Assembly: GCF_041146345.1 (NCBI RefSeq)
Contig: NW_027191402.1
Location: 1 to 64,000 of the forward strand
Source: Neodothiora populina
Lineage: Eukaryota
DNA length: 64,000 nt
Direction: 5' to 3'
Position 1 is the stretch's first letter; every line of letters starts with the position of its first letter. Shown in pieces: positions 33,999 to 46,840 of the stretch. The notes under the pieces are model-generated. The model was not told the origin of the DNA, ran no database searches, and saw only the letters and a program-made list of their open reading frames with translations. Both the position numbers and the translations under genes were made by a program.

Positions 33999-36900
33999 TC
34001 ATGTCGACTTCATCTTTTCCAAGAACCACTCCACAAGGTGACTGACCGTCGGATGGCTCCAAGTCAGCGTCGGTGGTATCTTGACCTTGAGGACACCCTG
34101 CAATTGCCTGCGCAATGAGACAGTCATAACACTGTCTAAGCCCAAGTCGGACAAACCCGCCCGAGGGTCCACGTCGTCGATGCTGCTGACCATGAGCACA
34201 CTGGCTACAACCTCGCGTATCTTGGTACCAAGGTATCTCTTGAGCTCCGGCCTAGACTTAGGCATCTCTACGTTCTTGCCTACAGTATCCTTGTAGTCTG
34301 GAGAAGAATTGACCCTAGGCTTCCGCACAGCTATGTCGGTAAGTATCTCTACAGGGAGATCCTCGCCCTCCTCGAACGCGAGACTGCGCAATACGACGCC
34401 GTGATCGACGTCGTATTTTGCAAGGTGCTCCCAGGCTCGAAAGGCCTCGTCGCGTGATACATCCGTGATGCCTTTACTGTTCAATTCGGCGGAGATGAAG
34501 TCAGTACTGGCGGCCATCCTCAGCCCATGCCAGCTTGTCCAAGCAAAGGCAACTGAGTTGTCCCCGTTGGCACGGCGATGGGTGGCGAGTGTGTCGAGAA
34601 AGGCGTTCCCACTAGCATAAGAGCTCTGTCCTGGAAAACCGAATAGTTGTCCGCACGAAGAAAACAATATGAAGAAGTCGAGCGTATTGGGTGGAAATAC
34701 TCTGTGCAAAGCAAGTGCACCAGAGACTTTGGGCTTGAGCACTCGGGTGAAAGAGTCGGCTGTCGTCTGTAGAACCAATTGATCTTCTAGGACTCCCGCA
34801 GCATGTACCACACCCAACACTGGAGGCATGGACAGCCGATCGAGCGCTAGCGTGAGCTCTGCGCCATCTATGTCCGAGCCGAGATCAAGCGACATGACAT
34901 GGACAGTGGCACCAAGGCTTTCGAGCAGCTGAATCGTCTCTAAAATACCCTGCAGGCCGAAAGCGGGCTGTTTCCACTCCCGACGTGGTGGTAGCTCACG
35001 GCGTGAAAGCAGCACTATTCTTCGTGCGCCTTTCTCGACAAGAAACTTTGCAACCTCAAGGCCAAGGGCACCCAAGCCTCCAGTAATCAAGTAGGTGCCT
35101 TCAGGGCGAGGCAACAGCGACTTCACCCTATCATTGCTATGCAGTTTTCCTCGGGGGAGTGGTCGTAAGCGTGCAACTCGTAGTACTCCATCGCTCATAC
35201 GAATCACGTCGTATCCTTGGAGGTATTTCATCGCAGCCATTGGCAACGATTCGGATTCGTTGTCGATCAAAGCGCCCCAGAGGTCTGGATGCTCCGAGGC
35301 AATGATGCGACAAAGTCCTTGCAGCGGAGCCTGGGCTAGAGCCGTTGGGCCTTCGCCAGCAAAGATCCTCTTGGTCATGACGAATACCTTATGAGGAAGA
35401 TGTGTGATTGAGATGTGCTTCACAATCTCAAGGGTATCGTTGATGTATTGCTCCGAAGCGGAAGCGATATGATCCATTTTCGATACATCGTCGGGGATAT
35501 ACAGAACAAGGGGAGTCTTGACACCTTCCGCAGTAGAGGCGAGTGCTGAAGCTCTCCAATCTTCGACATTGTGGTACTTGTCGACATGGATTCCATGCGC
35601 AAATAATTGTCTCTCGTGGCGCTCGAGCAGTACCGTGTCGTGGGACACTAGCGAAACCCTGTCGAATAAAAGTGGCTCCTCTGTGAAAGTCGCGGGAGGC
35701 CAAGCAAGCTGGTGGACCAGACTTTCTGCACTCCCACTCGCCCCGGGAGTGCCTTCAATCTCAGCAAAGCGCATAGACCGGAATTGGCAGACCACATTTC
35801 CCCTATCGTCCAGGACACTGACGTGAACAGAGAGCTCCGACTCCGTATCACGCTCGCAATGCAAGTAGCCAGTCTTAACGGGTTTGCCATAGAAGTAGAC
35901 CTGGTCTATCTGCGCGGGCATGCGTAATCTCGGATCTTCGAAGAATATGGTCGACCCCACCGAGGTAGCGGCATCTAAGATCGGTGCCCAGGAACCCTTG
36001 TCCCATGAGAGCTCTTGGCCATCCACAATATCCGGTGCAATGTCAACCTGAGCAAGCATCTCATTGAGGTTTCCATAGTGTTCTTTGATGGCCCAAGGAA
36101 AGCCCATGGCAGATACTCCTACCTTATCCAGATAGTCGATCGAGAGATTATTGGCTAGCGTTGTTCCGATCTTGCGCTTGACGGCGTCTACATCTACACT
36201 GGAATGGAGCGACTGATCCGCCGGTAGAGATCGTTTCCAGCTCCCAGTGGTGTGCGTGACCCATGATGAGCAGTCAGTGTCCTGCTCGGCTTTGATCAAC
36301 CTGGAGGCAATCTTGACCTGGTCTCCTTGCACAACAACTTGCACATTACGGGGAGCGCTGATGGCGACTGGTAAGCGCAGTACGATATTTTGTAGTACTG
36401 CGGCTTCCGTTGCATGGTGGAACGTGTTCACAAGTACGGCTGCCGGTACGATCTCTGTGCCATGCAAAGGATGGCTTTCTCAGTGTCAGCTGATGATCTC
36501 CAAAGGAGCAGTTGATCTACCTACTTTCCAGGGAATGGCTTGGACGCATCGTCTAATCTGGTCGTGTGAACCACGATATCAGTACCAGCAACTGAATGGC
36601 GCTGGCCGCTTAATGTATGCTCGTCCGCATCATGATGCTCACTGCCCTGGAAGCTCGATTCCACCTGGCGCCAGAAGGGTTTCTGGTCCCAAACGAATCC
36701 TGGAACCTCGGGATCCCAATCGACTCCCAGTTGTCTCTTCCAATCAATCTTACCGCCCTTGCAGAATAGTTCTCCAATGGCGTGGAGGATGCTACGCTCA
36801 GAAGGCATGTTGCGCTTCATGGTGGAGATCATGGCGAAGTCTTCGAGTCCCGACTCCAGCAAGGTTTCCGTCACAGAGTGCGACACGATCGGATGAGTCG

Positions 36901-39469
36901 AGACCTCGAGAAAGATCCTGTAGCCATCATTCACAGCCGCAAGCACGGCTGTGGTCAATTGTACTGGGCGCACCATGTTATTGGTCCAATATCCGATATC
37001 ACGAGGGTGTTGCGAACGGGGATCAACTTCCATTGTTGAGTAAAGCCGAATCTTTGCTGTACGCGGATGAACGGCATCTCGTAGGCTCTTTGCGAGGGGA
37101 GTGAGTAAGGATTCCAGCATGGGACTGTGGAAAGCGATGTCTGTCTTGACAGTGCCTGCCTTGACGCCCTTTGCTTTCAGGTCCACCTTATACGCTGCAA
37201 TGGCTTCTGCCTTTCCCGAAACGACACAAGAGGAGGAGGAGGAGTCGATCGCCGCTACTATGTCCTGCCGATCGCCGAGAGTAGCTCTGACTTCGCCGTA
37301 AGGAATGTTCACGAGGATCATAGCGCCCAACCCCTTGATCTTATTGTACAGTTTGGCCCGTCGGGTGACAATGAGTGCTTCTTCTGTGATCGTCAAGCAG
37401 CCTGCTTCGACTGCAGCGGCGATCTCACCTACCGAATGACCAATGATTGCTTGTGGCGTAATTTCCTCTGACTTCAACACTGCACTAAGACCAATTTGCA
37501 TCACGTAGGTCAGGACTTGTACGCGGTCCGAAGCGTCGAAGTCCCCTTCCTGTAATGCTTAGATAATGGAAAAATTCATCTCTTCTTCTATAACGTCCTG
37601 GATTGATGCTACTGTCTCGTAGAAGACTGTATTGTGTAGCAACTCCATGCCCATTTCGGGCCACTGGGCACCATGACCGGAAAAGACCCAAACGCAATCT
37701 TTGCTGATATCTGACCCCAAGATTCGTCCTTTGGAAGACCAGGGAGTCACAGTCCCTGCGGCGAGACTGCTCAGCGACGCTGTAGCCATCTCATGATCAT
37801 CGACGACAAGGGCAATACGATGGTCATGCTGCTCCCGTCGCCGAGCAAAAGTGTTTGAGATGCTCTTCAAGTTTCGACCATAACCAGGACCTTTGAGCCA
37901 TGTAGCGTGAGCAAACGCCTGGGCGATCAGGCGCTTCTCCTGGGGAGCAGAAATGATCAAAATATGAGGACCTTTACTGATCTGTCTCAGATCGTTTGCC
38001 TTTGGGTAATGCTCGATGACTGCATGAGAAACAGTTCCACCATATCCATACGAACAGACAGCGGCACGCCTCAGACCATATGACTCGGGCCACTCTGTAA
38101 GTTCTTGGACAACTTTGACACCTGCTGTCTTCCAATCAATCTTCTTGCTGAGGGTTTTGAGGTTGGCTTGCGGTGGAATCTGCCCTTTCTCGATCGCAGT
38201 GACGGCTTTGATAAAACACCACACCGGCACCTGCTTCAAGGTGGCCAACATTCGGCTTGACTGATCCAACGAGGACAGGGTGATTCTCCGCTCTATCAGT
38301 ACCGTACACTTTCGCAACAGCAGAGACCTCAGTTGGATCGCCTAAAGGGGTGGAGGTCGCATGGCATTCGACGTACTGGACGCTCAAAGGGTCGATATCG
38401 CCACATGCAAGTGCTTTTTCTGCGACAGGTTGTTGAGCCCTTGCATTGTGTGCCATGATACCGTTCGTGCGACCATCTTGAGCCACGGCGCTACCCTTGT
38501 GTAACGCCAAAATATTGTCGTTGTCTCTATAAGCATCGGCGAGCCTTTTTAGTATGACAATGGCTGCACCTTCACCTCGTCCATACCCATGTGCGTTATC
38601 ATCGAAAGACATACAGGAGCCGTCGGCCGCTACTGCACCTGCTTTATCAAGAACTCTGGTGAGCCCTGGCTCGATCAAACAATTACCCCCACCTACGATC
38701 GCCACCTTGGACTCGCCGCTGAGGATAGCTTGACGACCATGATGGATCGCGACGAGGGAAGAGGCGCAAGCTGCATCCACGGCTGTTGATGGACCCATCA
38801 GGTTGAGATGGTAGGAGATCCTATTCGGAACTCCGCAATAGGCAGTGCCGATACCCATCCAAGCCTCGGTATTAGGCAGATCTTCTAGCAGGAGCTTCGA
38901 ATAGTCGTCTGAGCTCACGCCCATGAAAACGGCTGTATCGGATCCTGAGAGACTTCTGGGCGGGATACCGGCGTCCTCCAAAGCTTCCCAGGCAACCTCC
39001 AGTAATAGACGCTGTTGCGGGTCCATCTGCTCGGCTTCTTTTGGCGAGATCCTGAAGAAGGATGCATCAAAGTTCTCCAAGTTCTTGATGAAATACCCTC
39101 TTGAAGTGGTCTTACCGAGTTCCTTGATGTTGCGTCTATCTCGACGAAGATAGGGCTCCCATCGCATGCTGGGAATCTCGCCCGAAGCATCGTGTTGGTC
39201 TAGCATAGATTGCCATAATTGCTCGGGGGAGTCATTATCACCGGCCAATCGACACGCCATACCGATTATAGCCACATCTCGGTCGAACTCCTGTGGTAGT
39301 TCATTAGTCTGAGCGACGCAATTGGGACTTCGTATAAGCTTACAGGGTTGTCACTCAGCTCGGAGGCCGGAGTGCCTGTGTTTGTCTGGGAGTCCGACAA
39401 TTCTGACATGTCGACCTTACTCGGAGACGAAGAAAGATCATTTCCTTGGGATTCATGAGTTGAATACAT
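33999..39469 (-). pseudogene. Partially reducing iterative PKS, 6-methylsalicylic acid synthase type (KS-AT-TH-KR-ACP), disrupted
   Basis: [63 protein letters not shown] (across intron ~36480-36525); KR GGLGALG, YASGN; ACP LGLDSVM. Frameshift at ~38215 and nonsense TAA at 37559-37561. Confidence 0.93.
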
Positions 39470-40613
39470 GATGGAGAAGATAATTTTTTACTTACTTCAT
39501 TGAACACTGCAAAGTGGCGGGAAGATCCATTGGTACTTATATGTGCTACACTTAGTGGACTTCTCAATACTTATTCGCGGCAGTTGACATCTCTTCACAT
39601 CACCATCACTAGGAAATTACGCCCAATTCGGAGTACGCGACGATGATCACCACCACAATGAAATGACTCTAGACACGTAACTCCGACTTCCTATTTGGAC
39701 TCGTACAGTTTCTTGGGATCGATGGCTGCCTAAAGCTGAGTCCCTCACCGTTGCTCATGAGGTCGTCACCTTGCTCTGGGCTCCCGCGTATGCTCGGAAC
39801 TCTAGCTCTTGGTGTAGCTCCTGAAAAGACGAGATAGAATGCATGTGATGACTTCCTTGCAGGCCCTCATGGCTGTGAAGCTGACGATGCTAGTGCTAGG
39901 TGAGTGACAGGTCATAGCAAAGTCAGAGAGCTGTATCTCCATCATGGTGTATTGGTGTTTCATTTCTGATTTTGTGGCTGCAAGGATAGTGATCTGTTGT
40001 CGAAGCTGGCTGGAGGTGCCGATATGGGATGTTGGGAGTTCTTTGTGGGTATCGCAGACGTCTGGGGCCTTGAAGCTAGGCTGCAAGCTTATCACTGGTA
40101 ACTCGAGAAGGATCTTACCGCCAGTCAGCAGCATTGGTAAGACATGCACTAGTAGACAAAGACGTAAAGAGGTGAAGCTTGGCTTCAAGATCGAGAATCT
40201 ATTCAGGCCTCACACCATTCCGCGCCTAGCGCTATAGCTGTTCCACATGGGGAATCCGCAAGGTATACTGAGCCTAGTAAAGCAAGAAAAGGTAAGATAA
40301 GGTATGATCGTCTTGAGATTTAAGGCGATACACATCAGGATGCGTGTAACGTGGACCACATGCACGGCTGCTTCCGATGACGATTCACCAAGATGCTAAG
40401 CAGGGTCAACTCATCCACTGACACTGGGTGAGATGCCCATAAACCATGAGCAGGACAGCCTCTGACTATGGGCACACTGTCACATTTGAAGGTAATCATG
40501 AGAAGCAACCATCAGAGAATGGTCTTTTCATTTCCGATCATAGTGGATACTCAGATGTTCATTGACCTTGTCATGGGATAGCTTATTCTGAGAAGCAGTC
40601 CACGAACACCACT

Positions 40614-41963
40614 TCATTTTGAGGACATGAAGACGGCCCTGGCTTTAGCCCATTGCCCCTCTACATCTTCATCCCAGATCCAGTTGAATCTAGTGGTAAG
40701 GTTCTTGTGTAGTGCCGCAGCGTCATCCTGTATCTCGGGATCAAGGAAGTCGTACACCTCACCACACTCTCGACTGGTCTGTACCAGTTTCATAGTTCTA
40801 TCCAGCCGCACCGCATCATACGCTCTGAATATTGCCTCGAGGTTGCCGATATTCTTGGCCATGCCCATAAGCTCACTCAAGATATAAGCATCCTCAATAG
40901 CCATCGCTGCCCCTGATCCTTGATGTGGAGTTGTCGCATGCGCTGTAGAACGTCAATACTCGCGACGAGGAAAGCTGTCAAGATATACACTGAACTCACC
41001 AGCATCTCCCAGCAGACATACTCTGTCTTTCCATAACGACTCCAGTGGTGGATGATCGAACAAAGCCCAAAGATCGGGCTCTTCCATGAGTCCCAGTATG
41101 CTATGGACCTCAGGGCTCCATCCTTCAAAGTCTTTTCGCAATCCCGGTCTTCCCACTGGAAGTACCCATCTGCTATCCTCCCAAATCCGGTCTGTTTTAG
41201 TCCTGAACGCGACCACATTCATAGTGTTGCCCTTATCGACTTGCATTGTCAGGACATGACCTCCGTAACCAAGATACGCTTGACTATTACCGGCTCGAGA
41301 TTCTCCGAGAGTATCAATAGCCTTTTGCATGGGTAGCAAGCCTCTGTACGCGTATTTGCCAGAAAAGACGGCGTCATACTTATTGCCGAAAAGACTCTGA
41401 CGAACTCTGCTTTTGACGCCGTCGCAGCCGATGACAACATCGGCCTCAGCGACGGTTCCATCACAAAAGTACATGTTGACGCCTTCCACGGTCTGCACGA
41501 TCTTCTCCAGACGTTTCCCGAAACTAGTTTTTGACGGAGGGATCAAGGCTGCCAGCTCCTCAACAAATCTAGCGCGGTGAATCATACTCATGCCTTTCCC
41601 AATTCCGCCGGGCCGAGAGAGTAAGTCTCCGGACTTCATGCCCGCGATTTTTGCATCTGGTTTCCCGTCCATTCCCATGCGGAACTCGAAGAAGTAGTCT
41701 TTCTTCTCGTCGTAAAGGTTAAGAGTAGCGTGGCGATCATATCCAGCGCGGATCCTCGGATCGATCAGGCTCATCGCCCTTTGAGCGTTTGGTGCCAAAC
41801 CAACCCCAGCTCCAATCTCGGAGAATTCTGGTGCTGCCTCGTAGATGTGAAATTCTACATTGTGGTTGTGTAGACCAATGGCAAGGCATAATCCCCCGAT
41901 ACCGCCTCCAACGATGGCGACTCGTGGGTTCACTCTCTCGTTCTTCACGACCGAGGGCGACAT
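40614..41963 (-). CDS. FAD-dependent monooxygenase, salicylate hydroxylase family; intron 40943-40999; apparently intact
   Basis: VAIVGGGIGGL, EIGAGVG, VIGCDGVKSRVR, YAYRGL, LLGDA|AHATTPHQGSGAAMAIEDA, RFNWIWDED. Confidence 0.92.
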
Positions 41964-43038
41964 GTTGGATCACAAGAAGACGGTAACAAGATTGTGTGCA
42001 AGTGTCAGAATCTCTCGCAGACTTTGTCTGATAATAAAACCACCCAAGCAGCACACGCGTCAGACTTACGCAATCCATTCGGTAGGCGTTTATGGCGCTC
42101 AGCAGGCAAAGTAGGATCTATCTCAACGATACAATAATCATACAGTCGGCTATGCAACGAGCCTCCAGCCACTATACGGACAAGGCCGAAAGTATCCCCT
42201 GCAGCCTACTGTTTTACCGTAGGCTGAATCAGTTCATTTTCCGAGTTCTAGTACGTTGAGTGTATCTCGGAGCTGGTTGCGGGTCATGGCTGCAGCTATC
42301 AATTTGATTAAGTTGTGAGATGGAGGACCCTCGTAGTACAAGGATTTCGGTGGGGCCACAAGTAAAGCTGTCTGACATGTGGATTGGGTACAATTTGAAT
42401 CGCGATAACGCGCTGACGGGACTTCAGGAGCACACCTGCTACGAGGCAAGCCCGAGCCACACTCACCGCCGTTACTAACTGAAAATCGGGTCAAACTCAA
42501 ATTGTGTCTCGACTGTTTCCTGGGTTGGTCTGGCTCCTTCCGTTTCAGCCCCATGGGCAGAATAATATTGAGTTACACCAGGCGTCCTGCAGCATTATTG
42601 CCAAATGCGTGTAGTCCGTGATCCTGAAGCTTAGGAAAAGGACGGGCATGAGATCCTCGTGTCGTAATCGATCAATAATCATGTATATCTTACCGTATTC
42701 AGCAGTATGCCCATTGGGGTCAAATAACGATTTGGCTGCAACAGAAACTTGAATCAATCACCAGAGAGAAGTAAACTTGTAAACGAGGGGCTCAGATTGA
42801 ATGTTTCTTTAATCTACTTCTGATGCCATGTGGGTTTGCGAGACGTGACGGACTATAGATATGGCTCTCAATGACTGTAGGTGTCCTTGCAATTCCTAGA
42901 AAAGTCCTTGACAGGGAGGTTCTTCTCGTCATAAAACCAGATTTTCCATGTACAGATATCGGTCAGAGTAATGAAACTCCTATATGATTGTTGATATTGT
43001 TCTATAACAATTTTCTTATTCTTCGCGATTCGTAACCT

Positions 43039-45361
43039 TCAAGGGTCATCATATAAAAAGTCAATACTATCGATGATTTGCTCGTGGTCGAGAAAAGTCC
43101 TCTGGAAAATATCCTCTATCTGGGAAGCTTGATTCGTCGACTGAGGTGATTGGTACCAATTCCAAATAGCTTGTTCATAGTATCGTGGAGTATCTGTTGA
43201 TCTCTTGTGGAAAGACATCATGGAGGACAGGGCCACTTCTGAACCAGACCCTTCATTGACCGGCGTATTGAGTCCAGTATAGATGGGAGAAGGAAGTCCA
43301 TCATCAGTTCCTCGATGAAAAGGAACTTCATACAGTCCTGATAAGATCTTTATGCTTTCGGGAGCCTTGGTCAGAGTTGATATCTGGCAGGATGTGTCAC
43401 TAAGATTATTAGTGAATTTGTCGATATAGCGGCGTAGATTTCGTGTAATCTCTGCAGCCCTGGTCGCATGTCTTAGATTGTTGCCCGCAAAGTAACTAAG
43501 ATTCGCGATTGAAGTACTCATGGCATCGCGAATCCGCGACGCATGGAGTGACGTTGGGTATGCGACGACAAATCCCGTCAAAACTACCACGGAATTCCAT
43601 TGGGATTCAAAGATGATATTGGCGAAGTTTGTCAAGCTGGGTTCCAGTATGGCCTGTCGGATGATATCTGTGACGACGATAGCATGATTGGCGCAGGTGA
43701 TGACTCCATCTGAAGGCGCAGATGTGGCGTACTCTGGACCAGATGGAAAGCGTATGAAGTGTCGATAAAGGATGAGATGCACATCGTGATATGTGAGCTC
43801 GAGAGGGATGCGCTGCCGCTGGAGCCATAACGGCACATACGAATCTGTGTTCAGCTGAGAGCAAGAAGATGAGAACGCCTGTCCAGATCCTTTCCGGGGA
43901 ATCTTCAAGCGTACAGGAACGTTATGTGCCCAATTTTGCACAGCCCTCATGCATTGACTCAGTCTCGACGATGCTTCTTCGAACAATTCCCTCCTTTCCC
44001 GACACTCTGTACTTGTGTCCGCTGGGAGAAGATGTGCGTTGTCATTGACCGACTCATAAATCATACGTAAGATTAATGCGAGCTGCACTCTTTGCTTCTG
44101 GATGTCGAAGATATTCACATCATCGAAGGTGTTGTGAGAGCCGGCAACTACTGAAGACGTCTTCACGGATAGAGAGGGTGGATCTTCCAGCATACCGTCC
44201 GTTCCATGTGTAAGAAAAGTCCGGCCAAGATCGAGGCCCATCTTGCAATCCAGAATATATAGACATTGCCAGATGAGTCGATGTTGTCTGACCAATGTGA
44301 GCGATAGTGTTGGCGCAGCACTTTGTGGTAGACCGATTGTGCGACCAGCCCAGACTGCGAGAGCGAGCTGGCGGTGAGCATCGTCTAATTGACGAGTGTT
44401 GGTGAGGAATACAACAGCAAAAACACAGCTTTGGATGAATGACATTTCAGTTGGGGCTTGTGGATGGAGTAACAGTCTTTGTGATCGTTCATATAAACAT
44501 TTGCCGGCGGATGTGGAATTCGGTATGGATCCGTTAATGACTGAGTCCCCACCAGTCCCAAGCGTTGCACTGTACTGTACACAAACTCTTCCTCGTCAAG
44601 TATGGGCAGAACGAGGTGATATGATTGCCAGAAAAAGTTGATGTAGTACTCCTCTTCCCTACGCGTCATGGTCCAATTGTGGGGATGATGCTCAGCTATC
44701 GCGGGGATTCCGATCTCCATCACTTTGGAGCAGTCATGACGAGATTCAGTAATTCCTTCCAGACACAATGAATCTTCTGACGTCAATCGATCCAGTGATT
44801 GATGCAAGTATTCCTGCATACGTGAGTAGTACAGATCCGAGGATCTCCAACCATGGAATCTTGCACTTGCTCCTTCTCCAGTTCTGAGCCACGCCCCTGT
44901 ACATTGTACTGTTTTCTCACGAGATTTCCGTAATGCAGCGATAATCTTGGGATATACACTGCCTTCATTTGGGTCGTCGTAGCTTGCGTCACAAAGAACC
45001 GAGGTTATCGCCCTGTGAGTACAATCGCGCTGTGATTGGAGGCCCTGCACCAGTGCCTTAAGGCGCTTAATCTCACTGGACACGAGGCGGCATTTTAGCA
45101 AGACTCATCTCGAAGTAAATGGAAGTCACTCCATGAAATTACTTACTAATCTGTCGAAGAATGATCGAAGCCTTGATTAGGGGCCTTGCTACACAAGTTG
45201 CCACGCTTCAGGCAACTCTGGCAGGGTGCTTGCTCATCACATTTAGTTCGATTGATACGGCACCAAGTACAAGCTCTAGTGACTTACTTGCGCGTTGCGC
45301 GTAGTGGGGCCTTCGCCACCTTATGTGTAGAGCCATTATTGGCACTGAAAGTGCTGAACAT
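43039..45361 (-). pseudogene. Zn(II)2Cys6 transcription factor with fungal TF domain, disrupted
   Basis: MFSTFSANN...[36 protein letters not shown] (TAA at 45284-45286 just before the zinc cluster); FWQSYHLVLPILDE then frameshift/deletion near 44575; WQCLYILDCKMGLDLGR, PLWLQRQR..LELTYH. Confidence 0.85.
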
Positions 45362-46840
45362 GGCAGCCTCGAGAAGAAACAATGCTCGATTCAGATAATC
45401 TCAAATTATTACTACGGCAGAGGTGTGGACATATATGCCAGGACAACACACAATACCAGCCCACAAGACGATGGTCACTACAGCCATGCCTACAGTTGTG
45501 TCAGATAGGCATCAGTCTAGAGGGAACAGCCGTCACCGGTACAAAGAAGATGTGGTTACACATTCGGACTTTGCCGAGAAGCTGTAGTAAATCAGTGTTA
45601 CAATGGAGGCGTCTATGATAAGGAAGATGCTCTCTAGCACATGTACGCTACGTGGATATCAAAACACTTGGAATTGGTGCCAAGCTTCTCATAGGCCATG
45701 TCTAGCTGGCTAATGTGAGTCAAAGCACTGTGGCTCTGATTTCACAATCTGCGGTCAACGTGCAATGCTAGGTATGGTATCTACGATAGATGATTCAATA
45801 AGCACGCTTCCCATAGGCGTATGCTTCCAGTCGTCACGATTACCGGGACTAACCGTTTCATTGAACATTTCATGGGCGGTGTGAGTTTTTACCTTGCTGC
45901 TTTGTTTTTCGTCCACACTTAGAATGGCAGGTTGCAGATATCCCAGAATGAGTAACACCAATTTCCAATCTTGGCAATCTTGGGAATAGGCGAATACTGA
46001 TCGGTTTTTCTTGCCGAAGATCAATTATCCTTTGCGATCATCATACATCATCTTTAATACCACTTTACGAGGATTTCTAAGTCTTGCTCTGGTGCCAGGG
46101 TCAAATTAGGTGTGTTTACTCGGTTATGTGGGGTGGAATGAGCCTAATGGGATCAGGAACCTGATTCACAACGGCGATGTGACATTGCGATCCTAAAGAT
46201 AAGGTATGTAGAGCTTGGATCCTGGAACACCACATCAGACTTCTGTCCGAAGCACTCCGTCATGATGCGAAAGCAGCCTCAACTTAGTGTCCTCGGCCAC
46301 TCCGATGAGTTGCGTAATGGACGAAGAACGTCTAATAATGAGATCCAAGGGACGATGAGGATGCTGATCTACAGTGCCCGGTGAGGCTGCATAGTTGCAA
46401 TTCTCTATCTCCATGACCCTTGTTCTCAAGCAGGAAGTGACAAAATGCTGTTGCGATAGCACGATATTTTGTCAGCTTATCGAAAAAGCTTCGCAGAACC
46501 ATGGCATCTTTCGCATGATAGTTCACCCGTCCGGGGCCAAAAGCATGGATGATCGTCGCATTGTATCACACAATCCATGCACGTCGCACATTCCTTTGGA
46601 ACCACCGAAATATGCTGTGCTACATGAAAATCATCAGCAAATTTCGGACACCAGAGATATCTATCTGATCAAAGCACTGTGCTCTAAACACCACATGAGG
46701 TCCAGAGTCAGTGGCCCAGGATCACGCATATGGAGATACTTTTGGATTATTGCAATGCATCTCTTTCCATGTGGAAGTTTCATGTTACAAGATGCTAAAG
46801 CTCTGGCCGACTCTGCACGCGAGAGGGCCCAATCTTATAT

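Noticed and set aside
36480..36525. Apparent PKS break between ORFs 36521-37504 and 33999-36467
   Set aside because: Explained by a normal intron (GTAGGT..GCTGAC..AAG) restoring PFPGNHPLHG; not a lesion.
39802..40237. ORFs between PKS and FAD monooxygenase as an additional cluster gene
   Set aside because: No recognisable domain; stop-rich degenerate sequence.
45276..45290. GTAAGT at the TF stop as an intron donor that would rescue the gene
   Set aside because: The nearest AG gives an impossibly short intron, and a longer one would delete the zinc cluster; RK(Q)VTRAC reads through in frame.
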